Positions 35,736-47,800 of a stretch of DNA of 64,000 nucleotides are shown one piece after another. The notes below the pieces were generated by a model that saw nothing but the letters and a program-made list of their open reading frames with translations, was not told the origin of the DNA and did not search any database. The stretch's first letter is position 1. Every line of letters starts with the position of its first letter. The position numbers and the translations under genes were made by a program. This stretch comes from Hydrolagus affinis (taxonomy: Eukaryota), in the NCBI GenBank assembly GCA_012026655.1, contig JAAILG010000909.1, positions 1 to 64,000 of the forward strand, written 5' to 3'.

Positions 35736-38700
35736 GACAATAAATTGTATTTTGCAATGTGATCGTAACTGCTATTCAACATTTGAGTTGGTTGTAATGT
35801 GAGTTGTGCCTTGTGCAAGGCAAATCCAAGTCTATAAGTGAGTGCCGGGTGAGCAAAGCTCTGTGCATTGTCTATCTTTCATACAGTAGTTTAGGATTGC
35901 AGCATGACTCTGAAAGGTTTGGCAATATCTCCCTCTACTGGCGGAATATATGAAATCTAACAATGATAAGTCGATCATTCTTGATAACATTTTCAATTCA
36001 CATTCCAACTATAAATGAGCCAATGAAATAATAATAATAATAATCCTTGCGTTTGATATAGAACTTCACATCGTCTAGACATCTGAAAACGCTTCACAGA
36101 ATATACTGTAAAATGAATTGACTAATCCTCTGTTTCACCGTTGGTGGCCATGCCTTCAGCCACTACGCCCCGAAGCTCTGTGACTTCCTCCCTCACTCCC
36201 TTAGCCTCACCCCCCTCCTGAAGACTTTTCTGTTTGACCACGCTTTTGGTCACATTTTTCCCTCTCCCTGGCTCGACCCCGGAATCCGTTTTGTGAAGCG
36301 CTCTGAGACCACCTTGGGATGTCCTCCCGACGTGAAAAGCACTCTACAAATGTAATTTTGTTGCTGTTGTTGTTGTTGAGACGCCATCTGGCGTGTCGGG
36401 TGCTCTATAAAGCGAGTGCTCTAACCACTGAGCTACAGGACTCCAATTGTGGATTGAAAATGACCAATTCACAATTTTTTTTGAGGGCTTATTATTAGGT
36501 GTATTGTGTAAAGAAACCTGCTCAAGGTTTCACCCTGCCTGTAATTGAACCTAGGTTTCTTACTTGTAAGTTGAGTGCTCTATCCACTGAGCTACAGGAC
36601 TCTTGTCTGTATCAAGCAGGCAAATATTTTTCTGCTTCTTTCCCTCTCTCTTTCTCTCTCTGCTCTCTCAAACAACATCTCCCATCTGCTCTCAACCTGG
36701 TAAAATTACATTATGTCAATCACAGGACAAAATGTACAGAAGCAGTACATGATAGAATAAGTGGGCGATCTTAGTCACACACACTGTGGTAAGAGCATTC
36801 CTTCACAAAAAACAGCACAAATTCCAACAAACACACTGTGATCCGATGCCAGGGATAGTTACCAGACAGTGTTGAGAATAGCAAACTGGGTGGTGTTAAT
36901 AGCTAAAACTGACTGGTTAATCTCCAGCTATGACCCAACACAAACTTGCCAATATTCAGATGAGACTTTGGTTATCCCCATATCCTTCTTCCCATCATCG
37001 GTGGCCCCCACTTTCAGCTACTATGCACTGAAACTCTGGTACTCTCTTGCTCCATACCTCTGCCTTGCTCCCTCTTTCCCTATCTCTATCTTTCTCTTCA
37101 ACAGTGCCTAGGGTCTGTTTGTGTTTGCTAAGCACACGTTGGCTAGCGAAAACAGGAAGGAAATGGGGAGAATTGTGAACACAAGGAAAAGATATCTAGC
37201 TATCGGTGGTAGGTGAGACATGGAATTTGTGGCTTTTTTGGGGGTCAGCTGGATGTCTGCACATGCAGAAACTCATCACAATACAGAGTATCCTAACCAT
37301 GTATGTAGTGCCAGCTACACATGGAAACTCTTGCATATTGAAATGGATTGCCCACCCTCTCCCTGGAATGATGCACCTTTCTCTCCTAATTCCAGAGAGA
37401 ATTAGGTGCAGGTTGTCAAGAGTCTAAAGCTTGGGGACCCCAGAGTGTGCATTGGAATACTGCTGGAGTTAAACAGCTAAAACCTCACAGCTTGTCATTG
37501 AGTTTTGCCAAGTTTGCCACTGCTTACTCATCTTAAAGTACCAATTATAGCCTTGGCTTGCAGGTTTAACAGGGGCTGAGTGAGATGAACGCCTGCTCTC
37601 AATGACTGGTTTGCAACTCCAAGTACAGCCGAAAAGTGGCTTTGAGTACTGTGGACTTGCTTTGCTTAGGAAATGGTCTTCCGAGACTGACACAGAGGGT
37701 TGACTCAATTCCAACCTTCTGTTGCCAAATACGCCACCATGGAGAGCGCTCAGTTCTACAGAGACTCTCTTCACCTTCCTCCCAAAGAGGATAGTTATTA
37801 GTCATTCAAACGTCTGAGGATAGCTGAAGATAAAGTGGGTGTGAAATCTCATAAAGACTGTGCTAGACAGGAAACCTCAAGGAATTGATGATAGGGGATG
37901 GCAATGCAAACATAATCCACTCAATAGTTGGGGGTCACTGCTGTGTGCAATTGGCTGCTGCATTTCACCCACAAATATACAGTCAATTCACTTTACAGTA
38001 TATTCTGTGAAGAGTTTTGAGACTCCTCAAAGATGTGATAATCACAAAACAACAAAATTACATTTGTATCGCGCCTTTCACTCCAAGAGGATGTCCCAAG
38101 GTGCTGATAAGGCATTCTACCAAATGGAAGGATTATTAAAGTTATAATAATAATAATCCTTGCATTTGATATAGCGCTTTTCATGCCTTCTAGACGTCTC
38201 AAAGCTTTTCACAGAATATACTATAAAGTGAATTGATTGTATATTTGCGGGTGAAACGCGGCAGTAACCCACAAGCAGTTGTGGATTGAAATTACCAATT
38301 TATTATTATTCCTGTGGAAATAGTTTACACTGATAATTTCTGTCTCCACCTGGTTCCCACAGCCCAGCCGGCCTGTCAGACTGAAGTCTGAAGTTTCTCT
38401 TCTGTATTTTCTAGTGTTGTTGGTGCTCAATGCGGAATCACCAAGAATCAGTTGTCTACTGGAGTGTCAGCCTGGACTGTGAGCTTATTCCCTGGTTATT
38501 GTGTTAAATGACATTTATTATGTTAACTGGTATTTACTATGCTAATGGCATTTGCTCTGTTGACGTTTATATAGGCAGCAAAAATGTGCTACTCGTTGAT
38601 GTGATTGGCAGTGACAGACGGAAATTACAATTGCCAATTGCTCTCTAAAGTGACAGTAAAAGTCTAGGTATTATCATGAGTAATACAGTATTTTTTCTCA

Positions 38701-39295
38701 GATGAACTCTAAAGAAATCAACTTCCTTCACATTATTACTGAGATCCTTATGTCATAATAATAATACTAATGCTAATAACTGTGCACTCTCAGTGGAAGA
38801 TATCCCAAGGTACTTCAGAGGATTTTACTCTGAAGTGGAGTGATTGTATTTGTGGGTGAAGGCAGCAGCCAATTTGCACACAGCAATGTCCTGCAAATAA
38901 CCGTGAAGTGAAGAGCAAATTTAATTTTGGCCATGGGCACTGGGAAATAATTGCCTGTTTCTTTTCAATAGTGCCATGTGATCGTTATCATCCACCTGAA
39001 CAGGCAGATGGGACCTTGGTTTAACGGCTTAAACCAAACTGTTCTTTGGTACTTTTTTTTTACCGTGCCAAAGAACGGTATCTCCAACAATGCAACACCC
39101 CCAGCACTGGACAACTGCTGACACGTGTACTGTAATATGTTAAATTCAATTAAAACAGCATCATTTAATTCATTTTAACTATCTAATTCAAATCAGTTCA
39201 CCACCTTTGAGAGGCAGACAAGAAACAAAGTAATTATTTGAAGGCTGTCTCCTGCCAAAATACTGTATAGCACAACCCTGTAGCATGTACAGGAC

Positions 39296-39610
39296 GTCCT
39301 GTAGCTCAGTGGTTAAAACACTTGCCTTGCAAGCAAGAAACCTGGGTTCGATTCCCGGCAGAGCAAAACCTTGGGCAAATTTCTTTACTCCACACGCCTG
39401 ATAATAATCCCTCAATAAAAAAGTGTTTTTGGCAGTAAAAAAAGCCGTGAAAACAATCCCACAACTGTTTATGGGTCACTGCTGTGCGCAGTTGGCTGTT
39501 GTGTTTCGCCCACAAATATACAGTCAATTTCACTTTGCAGTATATTTTATAAAGAGCTTTGAGAAGTCGAGAAGAAGTGAAAGGCGTTATATCAAATGCA
39601 AGGATTATTA
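39296..39610 (+). mobile_element. Same SINE family, full length
   Basis: TAGCTCAGTGG...GTTCGATTCC head, core and tail. Confidence 0.85.
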
Positions 39611-42600
39611 TATCCCTGGGCTTGAGTGCACCATCACTCATCCTAATGCAGATAATACTCCTAATCATTCAAGGGTGTTTCAGGAACTGTGCATGATTTA
39701 AAGTGTTGTGGGTGTACTGTAAATATATTTGAATATTGGACATGTTTGCAGCTCTAAAGGCTTTTCTTATTCCCTTTTGTGAATAATTTTTCTTCCTATC
39801 CACAGTTTTCTGCTGTGTGCAACTTGGGACCAATTGTGAGTTGAGTTAACAGCCCATCCACAAAATACATGCTAGGCTCTATACAAATGTATGCAATAAA
39901 GTTTACACTCATATTGCGCTTTCACGTCAAGAGGACATCTCAAAGTGCTTCTGGAGAGCAGAGGATAGGAGCTAACGAGAGCGAGGAGAGAAAAGATGAA
40001 CAAAAGCAAAGACAAAGACATAAATCTTTAGGCGTGCTTTGGATGTGGGGAGGGAGCAAGTTGAAGGGGGTCTCCAATGGAAGTCCAGAGAGCGGGGGCA
40101 GAAGAGCTGGAAGCTTGTATGTGTGCAGGGAGCATTAGGAATGCTCTTAGTTATGATATACATAATTGCCACTGATTCTGCACATTGCATTGGTTAATTA
40201 TATAATTAAGGGAACGTATATGTGTTAGCATATGGTTAATTAACCCAATCCCCAACCTCGCCCTTGGGTTTTCAACTTAAACCGCTGCGGTTGGACTGCA
40301 GTTTAACGTCAGGCTATAAAAGACAATTCAACAGTTGGGGCACTAAACTTAGCTTTAACACTTGGAATAATCGGCCAGGTTTCCTGGTCCTGTTTGCTAT
40401 CCAGAAAATCCTAGTCGGGGGTGAGTGTGGGTGTGTGTGTACTGTGTCTGTGAGAACACAAAATCAGGCTGAGTCATGATGCCTTCCATGAGTCAATAAA
40501 TAGTCTGACTGCCAAATACTCACATGTGCTTCGTCTGTGGAACTGTCTGATTCCATTGGAAGGAGCAATCATACACCAGAAGAAGTGGAGGAGGGAAGAG
40601 AAAAACTGGCAAAAAATATTGAGGAGTGATGTTCTTCAGCGAACCACTGTATAATTAGGCCAGATCATCATTTGGGATTATGAAATATCTCAAAACTACT
40701 TTATTGCTTCCAAAGAAATAAAAGCAGGCTGAAGGTCTTCAAATAGCATTTTTTAAAGTTTAACAGCAATTGAGTCAGAGTAGTACATCAAATCAATGTT
40801 TTCCAAACATAAGACAAAAACAAGAAAAGTACTGGTGAATATATCCACACATAACACGGTATCTTATCTTTTAGCACTGTGAATTAAGTGTGGTTAGAGT
40901 TGATTGTTTGCAGAGACATGGATCCAGCAAGCCTTTTAATTTCAAAGTAACCCTACCTAGAGTTTGGTGTTTGGAATAGTATAAGAATAATTAATAATTG
41001 TGATTATTATTATTTGTTATTAGTGGGACAAACAGAGAGTTCACAACCTACTAGTGTACTCCTTTTGAATAGAAACACAGGGTGGGACTGTAAATCAATG
41101 GTGCAAAACACCTCAACAGATAGACAGGAACTCAGTGTAATGCCTCATTTGAAAGACGGCATCTTCAATAATGTAGCACACACCTAGCACTGCACTGGAG
41201 TGTCAGCCTAGACTATGAGTTCCAAAGACCCAACGTGGGGTTTGAACCCACAACCTTCCGACTCCGAGGCAAGAATACTAACAACTGAAGGTAATGTTTG
41301 TTTAAATGGGTTTTGAACTTGTTGCAAGATAGAGGACTTCACGAGCGCTGTCAATCTCGATGCTAAACCTAGGAGAGGAAGGTTCCTGTACATGCTGAAA
41401 AAACACCTCTAATTAACCACTAAGGAAGAGCAACAGCAGGGGCTCAGAGAATACTGTTCACCCAGTGTAAACACAGACAAAACATTGGCAAAGTGTGCAC
41501 TTTAAAGGTATTATTAAGTTCCTCATCAAATTCTAATTTGAACCAAGCACTTGGTAAATTATTTTAGTGAGCATACAAATCACAGTACTCATAAAAGGGT
41601 TAAAATAGACAGCTTTGAAGACAAGAGACACCTAATCACTTTCTGTGCAACTGAAATTGCGACATTGGATGTTCTGCACAGATATCTTGATATCGCCTGG
41701 CGTGAGTGACTGGGTTAGTAATTAAATAACATGGTTTTCAGATTCTGGTTTTAAGGATTGTTCGTGGCTCTACAACTGCAATGGGATATGTTGAAAACAG
41801 TCTTAAAATGGTGTGTGTCGTGGATTCTTTTTATTTTTCAAATTCGATTTCTAAATGGTTTGCAGGTGAAACATTTGTAGGTGAACTAAACAGCAGGTAC
41901 ATTTCATTTTGATGAAAACAGCTTGTTTTAGAAAAGTGCTGAAAGTCATTCATCTTCATTGACATCAATATTTTATTACATCTAAATTACATTTTTGCAC
42001 AAACTGAATTCCTGACCTATTTACCAAGTTGAGTATATTTTAGTTGTGAGGTTTTAAATAATGCATTAATAATTGCATTTGATAAAGTGCCTTATCACAT
42101 TCAAACATCTCAAAGCCCTAATGCATTAGTTTGAATTGTATAGTGAAATGACTGTTAATGTGAGCGAACACAGCAACTAATCTGTGCATAGCAACATCCC
42201 ACAATTAGCTCCATAAAATGTATGGCCAAATGTAACTCTTTTATGGACGAGGGAGGTAAATTGACAGAATACCAGAAAAAAATCACCGTGCTCTGTATCA
42301 AAGCACAGGATCTGTGTCTACCAGAATAGATAGAAAGGTAACATTCAAAGGACAATGCAGTATACCCTCAGTGTCTGTTATTCCACAACAATTTTACCCA
42401 GAAAACAAGAATGCTATTCCTTCCAATATCTAGCTTAGCTTTCCCCCAATATTTTCTTAGCCTTGGAACAAACTGTGGTGAATAAAGTGATCTGCTACAA
42501 AATAATCTTCCAATTCCACTCAAAGGTGTGAAAGCGTAGACCAGGGAGAGAAATGTCCCATTCTTTCCCTTCCTAGTTGCATAAGGCTCATCCTCATAGC

Positions 42601-43051
42601 AGATACCTTAGATCAAGAATTCAGTAGAGTACATCTCACCACCGGCTGCTTCCATACATAAATGTTTTAATGTGCCAAATCAAATGTGCTTAATTTTCTA
42701 AGTCCATTTAAAAAGATGCTTTTTTTTATTGACCAGACACATTTGAACGTGTTCTCTCTATTGTTATTTCTGTGTTTGAAAGCAATGGTAAACACATTTT
42801 TAGAGTATACTTTTTATTCAAAGTGTATGATATTTCTATCATATTTCTTAGTATCTTTAATTGGAATTTAATTATTGAAAACCTTTGTCTTTAATTTTAT
42901 TGTTTTTGGTTAACTTTCATTTGGAATTTTATGACCTTAATGTTGTAAGTGGAATTTCTGCTACGCTTTCTTGATATATCACTGGGATGCCTTAAGACCA
43001 TTGTCTTAAATTTATGTTTATGCAGAATTTTAGAAAAGTCCTGGTACTATT

Positions 43052-43325
43052 ACTAATAATAATTCTTGCATTTCATACAATAATTTACACATCTTCTAGA
43101 CATTTCAAGGCGCTTCACAGAATATTCTATAAAGTAAATTGCCTGTATATTTGTGGGCGAGACGTGGCAGCCGATTGCCTACAGCAGTGTCCCACAAACA
43201 GTCGTGGATCAAAATGACCAATTTATAATTGTTTTTTGAGGAATTATTAGCCGGCTTGTGAAGTAAGTAAACTTGCCCAAGATTTTGCCCTGCCATGGAA
43301 TCAAACCCAGATCTCTTGCTTGCAA
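43052..43325 (-). mobile_element. Same SINE family
   Basis: Aligns to the other copies. Confidence 0.8.
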
Positions 43326-43880
43326 GTAGGATCTTAAAAAATATCGAAGAACAATTTCCAAATCAAGACCATACTAATAATTTTTCAAAATCTTTCACAA
43401 TCTTATATTTTAATAGTAGTCTTTAGGTTATGATCATGCAAAATTTAGGGTCTCCAATTGAGCTGAAGTGTATTCAGGAAATGATAAAAGCATTTGTTTG
43501 TTTCTAATACTCCCTTTTATTTATTTTAAAAAGTTGTGTACGTGTGTCGTTTCTTAAAATAATGTTATTTTCTAATAATAATGATGTTATGCGTTGTATT
43601 TACATTTTGATCTTAATATTGGGAGCTAAATGACAAAATAGGGTACAACAAATAGCAGTAGTTGCAGTGTTACTTAAATATTTTCTATTCTTCCCTGATA
43701 TTTACTCATACATTTATGGATTGTCAAATTCTTGTTTACAGAGTCCATGAATGAAAAATTGAATTGGCAAGAGTTACAATATGAACATGATACATAAATA
43801 TGACTGCATAATTAAGACACCCTAAAGAATCAAGCACTAGTTGAGTGTGATGAATTACCACATTGTGTTAATAGAATTCC

Positions 43881-43886
43881 TTTATT
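43881..43886 (-). terminator. Candidate proximal polyadenylation signal (AATAAA) of TRPC4; further AATAAA copies near 43520 and 42815
   Basis: Forward tttatt 65 nt past the stop codon in AT-rich putative 3' UTR; the site actually used is unknown. Confidence 0.3.
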
Positions 43887-43950
43887 ATCTTTCCGAAAAG
43901 CAATCTGCAAATTAAATTACTTTATAATTTAGTCGTCCCTTGGTTTTATA

Positions 43951-44691
43951 TCATAATCTTGTAGTTACATAATCATCCTGTGTCATAGTCCATTGATTTA
44001 CTGAGCAGACGCTGTCTTCATTCCCTGAAACGTTTGTTACTATGTCCTGTGTTGGTTCTGATAAGCTATTGGCACTGCTCTCCGTAGACTGTCTGTGCAA
44101 CAACACATGGGTGCTGTCTTCCAATTCTGGGTTACATGCATTGCTTGTACTCAGATGCTTTGAGCCTGAACCACTGTCATTCACAGGCTCTGAGTCTCTC
44201 CTGCTCCTGTAGTCAGAGTCTTCTATGTCTTTATGCAGGCTCTCTTCTTGAGTAATTTCCTCAGATACCGTGTATATCCTGTTCGTACTCTGCTCTGTAT
44301 TGCACAGTTTCGTTCGTTTCCGAAAGAACCCTAAGTTTTTGATGGAGTCTTTGACAATACTTTTGCTGTTTTGCTTTTCCTTGCACAACTCAGTAGCTTT
44401 TGGTGTGGACCCATTGCTTAAGCTGGTAGATGCTGTATCGGTGCCTGACTGTTTAGGCATTGACTTTGGACAAAGTAAAGACGTTACTTCGTAAAAAGTT
44501 AGTTTGTTCTTCTGTTCACTTGAGGATGTTGAAACAGTCCCACAATCAGTTTTAGTCTTAAAACCTTTGTTTTTATCTGAGATCCTTGTTGACGCTGTGC
44601 TAATGTTTGACGGCTGTGCAGAAGATGGTCTGTTTCCTTTAAGAAGACCCAGAACTTCATAGCGGAAACTAGAAATATCCTGCTTCAGTTC
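43951..44691 (-). CDS. TRPC4: TRPC4 last coding exon (ELKQDISSFRYEVLGLL...DDYVTTRL*)
   Basis: Within ORF 43951-44835; ttcaag acceptor; coiled coil ELKQDISSFR; C-terminal PDZ motif VTTRL; TGA at 43953-43951. Confidence 0.95.
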   Translation of the reverse strand, partial: ELKQDISSFRYEVLGLLKGNRPSSAQPSNISTASTRISDKNKGFKTKTDCGTVSTSSSEQKNKLTFYEVTSLLCPKSMPKQSGTDTASTSLSNGSTPKATELCKEKQNSKSIVKDSIKNLGFFRKRTKLCNTEQSTNRIYTVSEEITQEESLHKDIEDSDYRSRRDSEPVNDSGSGSKHLSTSNACNPELEDSTHVLLHRQSTESSANSLSEPTQDIVTNVSGNEDSVCSVNQWTMTQDDYVTTRL

Positions 44692-44827
44692 CTTGAAGCA
44701 CAATAAAAACAATGTAATTGAAAAGATTCTGCAAAGACAGTTTTGCTTTTGCGATTGAACTACAAATAACAGGCATCTGAATCTCGGTGATTTTAAAAAA
44801 TGGGCAAAAAAACAACAGATTTGGAGT

Positions 44828-45056
44828 AAAAACAAAAGTTGCTAGGGAAACTCAGCAGGTCAGGCAGCATCCATGGAGAAAGGAAAAAAAGTCAACGTTT
44901 CGGGTCTACAACCCTTTGTTAGAACCCGTTCTGACGAAGGGTTGTAGACCCGAAACGTTGACTTTTTTTCCTTTCTCCAGGGATGCTGCTTGACCTGCTG
45001 AGTTTGCCTAGCAACTTTTGTTTTTGTTTCAGATTCCCAGCATCTGCAGTATTTTG
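44828..45056. mobile_element. Penelope-like-element terminal repeat arranged as a near-perfect palindrome (98-bp arms, 44828-45025)
   Basis: Arms 44828-44925 and 44928-45025 are reverse complements with few mismatches; same sequence as the end of the Penelope fragment at 57861-57990. Confidence 0.75.
44928..44962 (+). ncRNA. Minimal type I hammerhead ribozyme motif (Penelope-type)
   Basis: gtt-CTGACGA-a-GGGT(tgtag)ACCC-GAAAC-GTT-gac: conserved core, stem II, palindromic AACGTT stem III, 3-bp stem I. Confidence 0.6.
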
Positions 45057-46491
45057 TGTTTTGGAACAGATTTGGAGTTGCTGCTGAAGAAACTCATTGA
45101 TTATGAAGAACAATCTCAAGTACAAATCTAAGTAAAGTTTCCAAACCTTCTAATAATACAAAGGAATTGAGTCAAGTGCTCTGCATTTTAACAACGATTA
45201 TGTGGCACAATTTGGTGTGTTCTTTAACCCATCGACTAAATTGTTCCTCAATTTGTGCCGGTATTAACTCATTCTCTGTATTCGGCTGAACTGGCTCTAA
45301 CATGACATGCTTGGCAACAGAATGTAGGAATTGAGTCAATACTCTGGGTGCCATATTATGCCCCAAAAATATACAGCCAATTAAATTTACAGTACATTAT
45401 GTGACGCACTAGAAGACGTGAGGAGTGCTAAATCAAATGCAAGGATTATAATTATTATCAATATTATCTAATGTTAGTTCCAATATACTCATTGGAGGAA
45501 CTACTAAACAAAAGGAATTCAGTTGCAAAATCGAATTGAATTAAGGTTATTGTCCACAAAATATAGCAGAGTGGCAAAACAATGGAATACACTGAGTAGA
45601 ATATTAAAAGTCACATTAACAAACAAAAGTTTATAGGCAGGTTCCTTTATGTACCTAGGGGAGCTTTCTGTAGGTAGAGTTAAGATAAACTGCCAGTGTA
45701 ATTTAGGTACGTTATCCATTGTGCCCATGGGTTCTTATTGCTGACGTGTGAGAATTTAATATAATGACTGAGAGAAAAGCATAAGGGCAAATAAACCTGC
45801 CCCAGCTAAACAATGACACAAAATGCAGATGGTGTATTGATGACCCAGCTTTTTTTTAATGAGCTTTTGTTTGCTACTGCTAACACTGTCTGGCAATTTT
45901 CCTGCTACTTGCCCAGCTATGTCACTCACCTGTTGAGGTTTTACCTTGGAAGGTTAACATTAACCCAGTGAAATACAATCCCTCATGTTACTGATCTGCT
46001 CATTCAAGTCCTTATAAGCCAGGCTGGCTAGTCCTCAACAGTGCTTTGGAGCAGTGCAGACCTGCCTGGCTCAGAAACTGAGACCGTCATAGAGAATTCC
46101 CAAGTATGTCAGCCTGAAGTCAATTCAACTTCAGAGAAACTGTGCATCTCCTCTCCCTCCAACATTCAACAAATAGTTCAAAAATCCTCAACGTGAAAAA
46201 AATTGCACAATTCTTCAAACGAAGTAATAGATTTGGACCAAATAGCAACGCTAAGAGTTGGATGATATGTAGGTTATAGATAACGCTTCTTTATTCAGAA
46301 AATGAAGATTATTGCAATCATTGCTCTCTCACCAAATCATTTTTTTTCCCTTTAGGTGTTTCCAGTGGAAATTTACAACGCAAAAGGTCATTTGGCCCAT
46401 TGTGTCAATGTTACCAGTTGATCTATAAATACAATTATAGCTTTCTGTTTCTATCTACACAACTTCACTAAATGATATTCAAAGAGTTTAC

Positions 46492-46581
46492 CTTGAAATT
46501 CTCCTCAGTGAGGCCTTCTTCAGTTTTGGCATCTCTGATCATTGCTGCAACATATCTTTTCACTAAATTTCTTATGACCTC
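46492..46581 (-). CDS. TRPC4: TRPC4 exon ([30 protein letters not shown])
   Basis: [15 protein letters not shown] is TRPC4-type; cag/gtaaa boundaries; 90 nt. Confidence 0.95.
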
Positions 46582-47519
46582 CTGAAATAGATTTACAAAA
46601 ACACACAAGATTTTTATAGTTTAAATGATGTTGGGGTAACACTTAAAAAACTTTTTTTTTAACAGATCTGCGTCGAGTTTCTCCCGCTGTCCTGGCCGAC
46701 AATTACCCAGAAAACAAAATTGGTCATTTACTTCATGGCTGTTGCAAATTGGCTATCATGTTTGCCAACAGATGTACAGTAACTACACTTTACAGAAAAC
46801 TCTGCAAAGTGCTTGGAGAAGTATTGACATGAAAAGGCGCCACATCAAATCAAATTACCACCGAGGTCTGAATTTGTTTAATTTACACAGCATTCAAGTG
46901 TCTAGAATTTGGCAAATTATTGAAATCTTCCTTAAATTTGAAGTCATTTTGCTCTTGTTTTTAAAAGAAACTTCAGGCAAAATGTCTTGAAAATAAAGAC
47001 AGTATCTAAGTATTTGCCAAACTCTGAATGTTGTAAAACGTTGCATTACTAGAGTAAATTGATACCCGGCTGGCATTTCTCTCCTATAATTGCTCCCCGA
47101 GAGTAAACACATTATTATAAAAATACATAAGGTTAATTCTTGAATGCAACCAACCAGCAAACATCTGGTCTGCATTGTATTTCTGAGGCTTTCTCCCTCT
47201 CCTTACCATGATTTTAACAAGCAAATTTGCATGATAACATGATACAACTGGAGGTTAGTACTGTAATGATGATAGACGGATGTGTTTTGCAGAATTTGTC
47301 AACAAGCATGTGGCTAATTGCAGCTTCTGGTTTACAACTGAAACTCTAGGAATTCTCAGGAAAACCAAATTGCAGGGAAAATCAACCCTGATCCCCAAGG
47401 CTGGAAAAAGCCATTTTGTGGGTTAGCAATTTATCCTTTGCCCAGGTTGAAGCCCAAGATCAGAATGCTGACCACGACAGATAGCAGAAAGTCACAATCA
47501 TGGTTGGTGTTTTGCTATT

Positions 47520-47800
47520 GCTTTTGCCTCATATGCGAGAGACCGGGATTCAATTTCTGGCAAGTCAAAACCTTGGGCAAGTTTCCTTAATCCACATGCT
47601 TGATAATATTCCCTCAAAAAAAAATAATTTGGTCACTCAATGCGCAACTGTTTTGTGGGACACTGCTGTGCGCAGTTGATTGCCGCGTTTCGCCCACAAA
47701 TATATAGTCAATTCACTTTACAGTATATTGTGTGAAGTGTTTTGAGATGTCTAGCAGGCATGAAGAGTGCTATATATCAGATGCAAGCATTATTATATAT
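47520..47800 (+). mobile_element. Same SINE family (TRPC4 intron)
   Basis: Aligns to the other copies. Confidence 0.8.

Noticed and set aside
37732-37801. Perfect Kozak GCCACCATGG opening a 20-codon ORF (MESAQFYRDSLHLPPKEDSY*)
   Set aside because: No promoter, splice or homology support; consistent with chance.
41328-41360. Short resemblance to an LF-SINE-like 3' end (atagaggacttca...gctgtcaat)
   Set aside because: Match too short and recalled from memory; cannot be supported without a search.
44692-44835. N-terminal 48 codons of the 294-aa ORF
   Set aside because: Intronic read-through upstream of the splice acceptor; TRPC homology starts at ELKQDISS.
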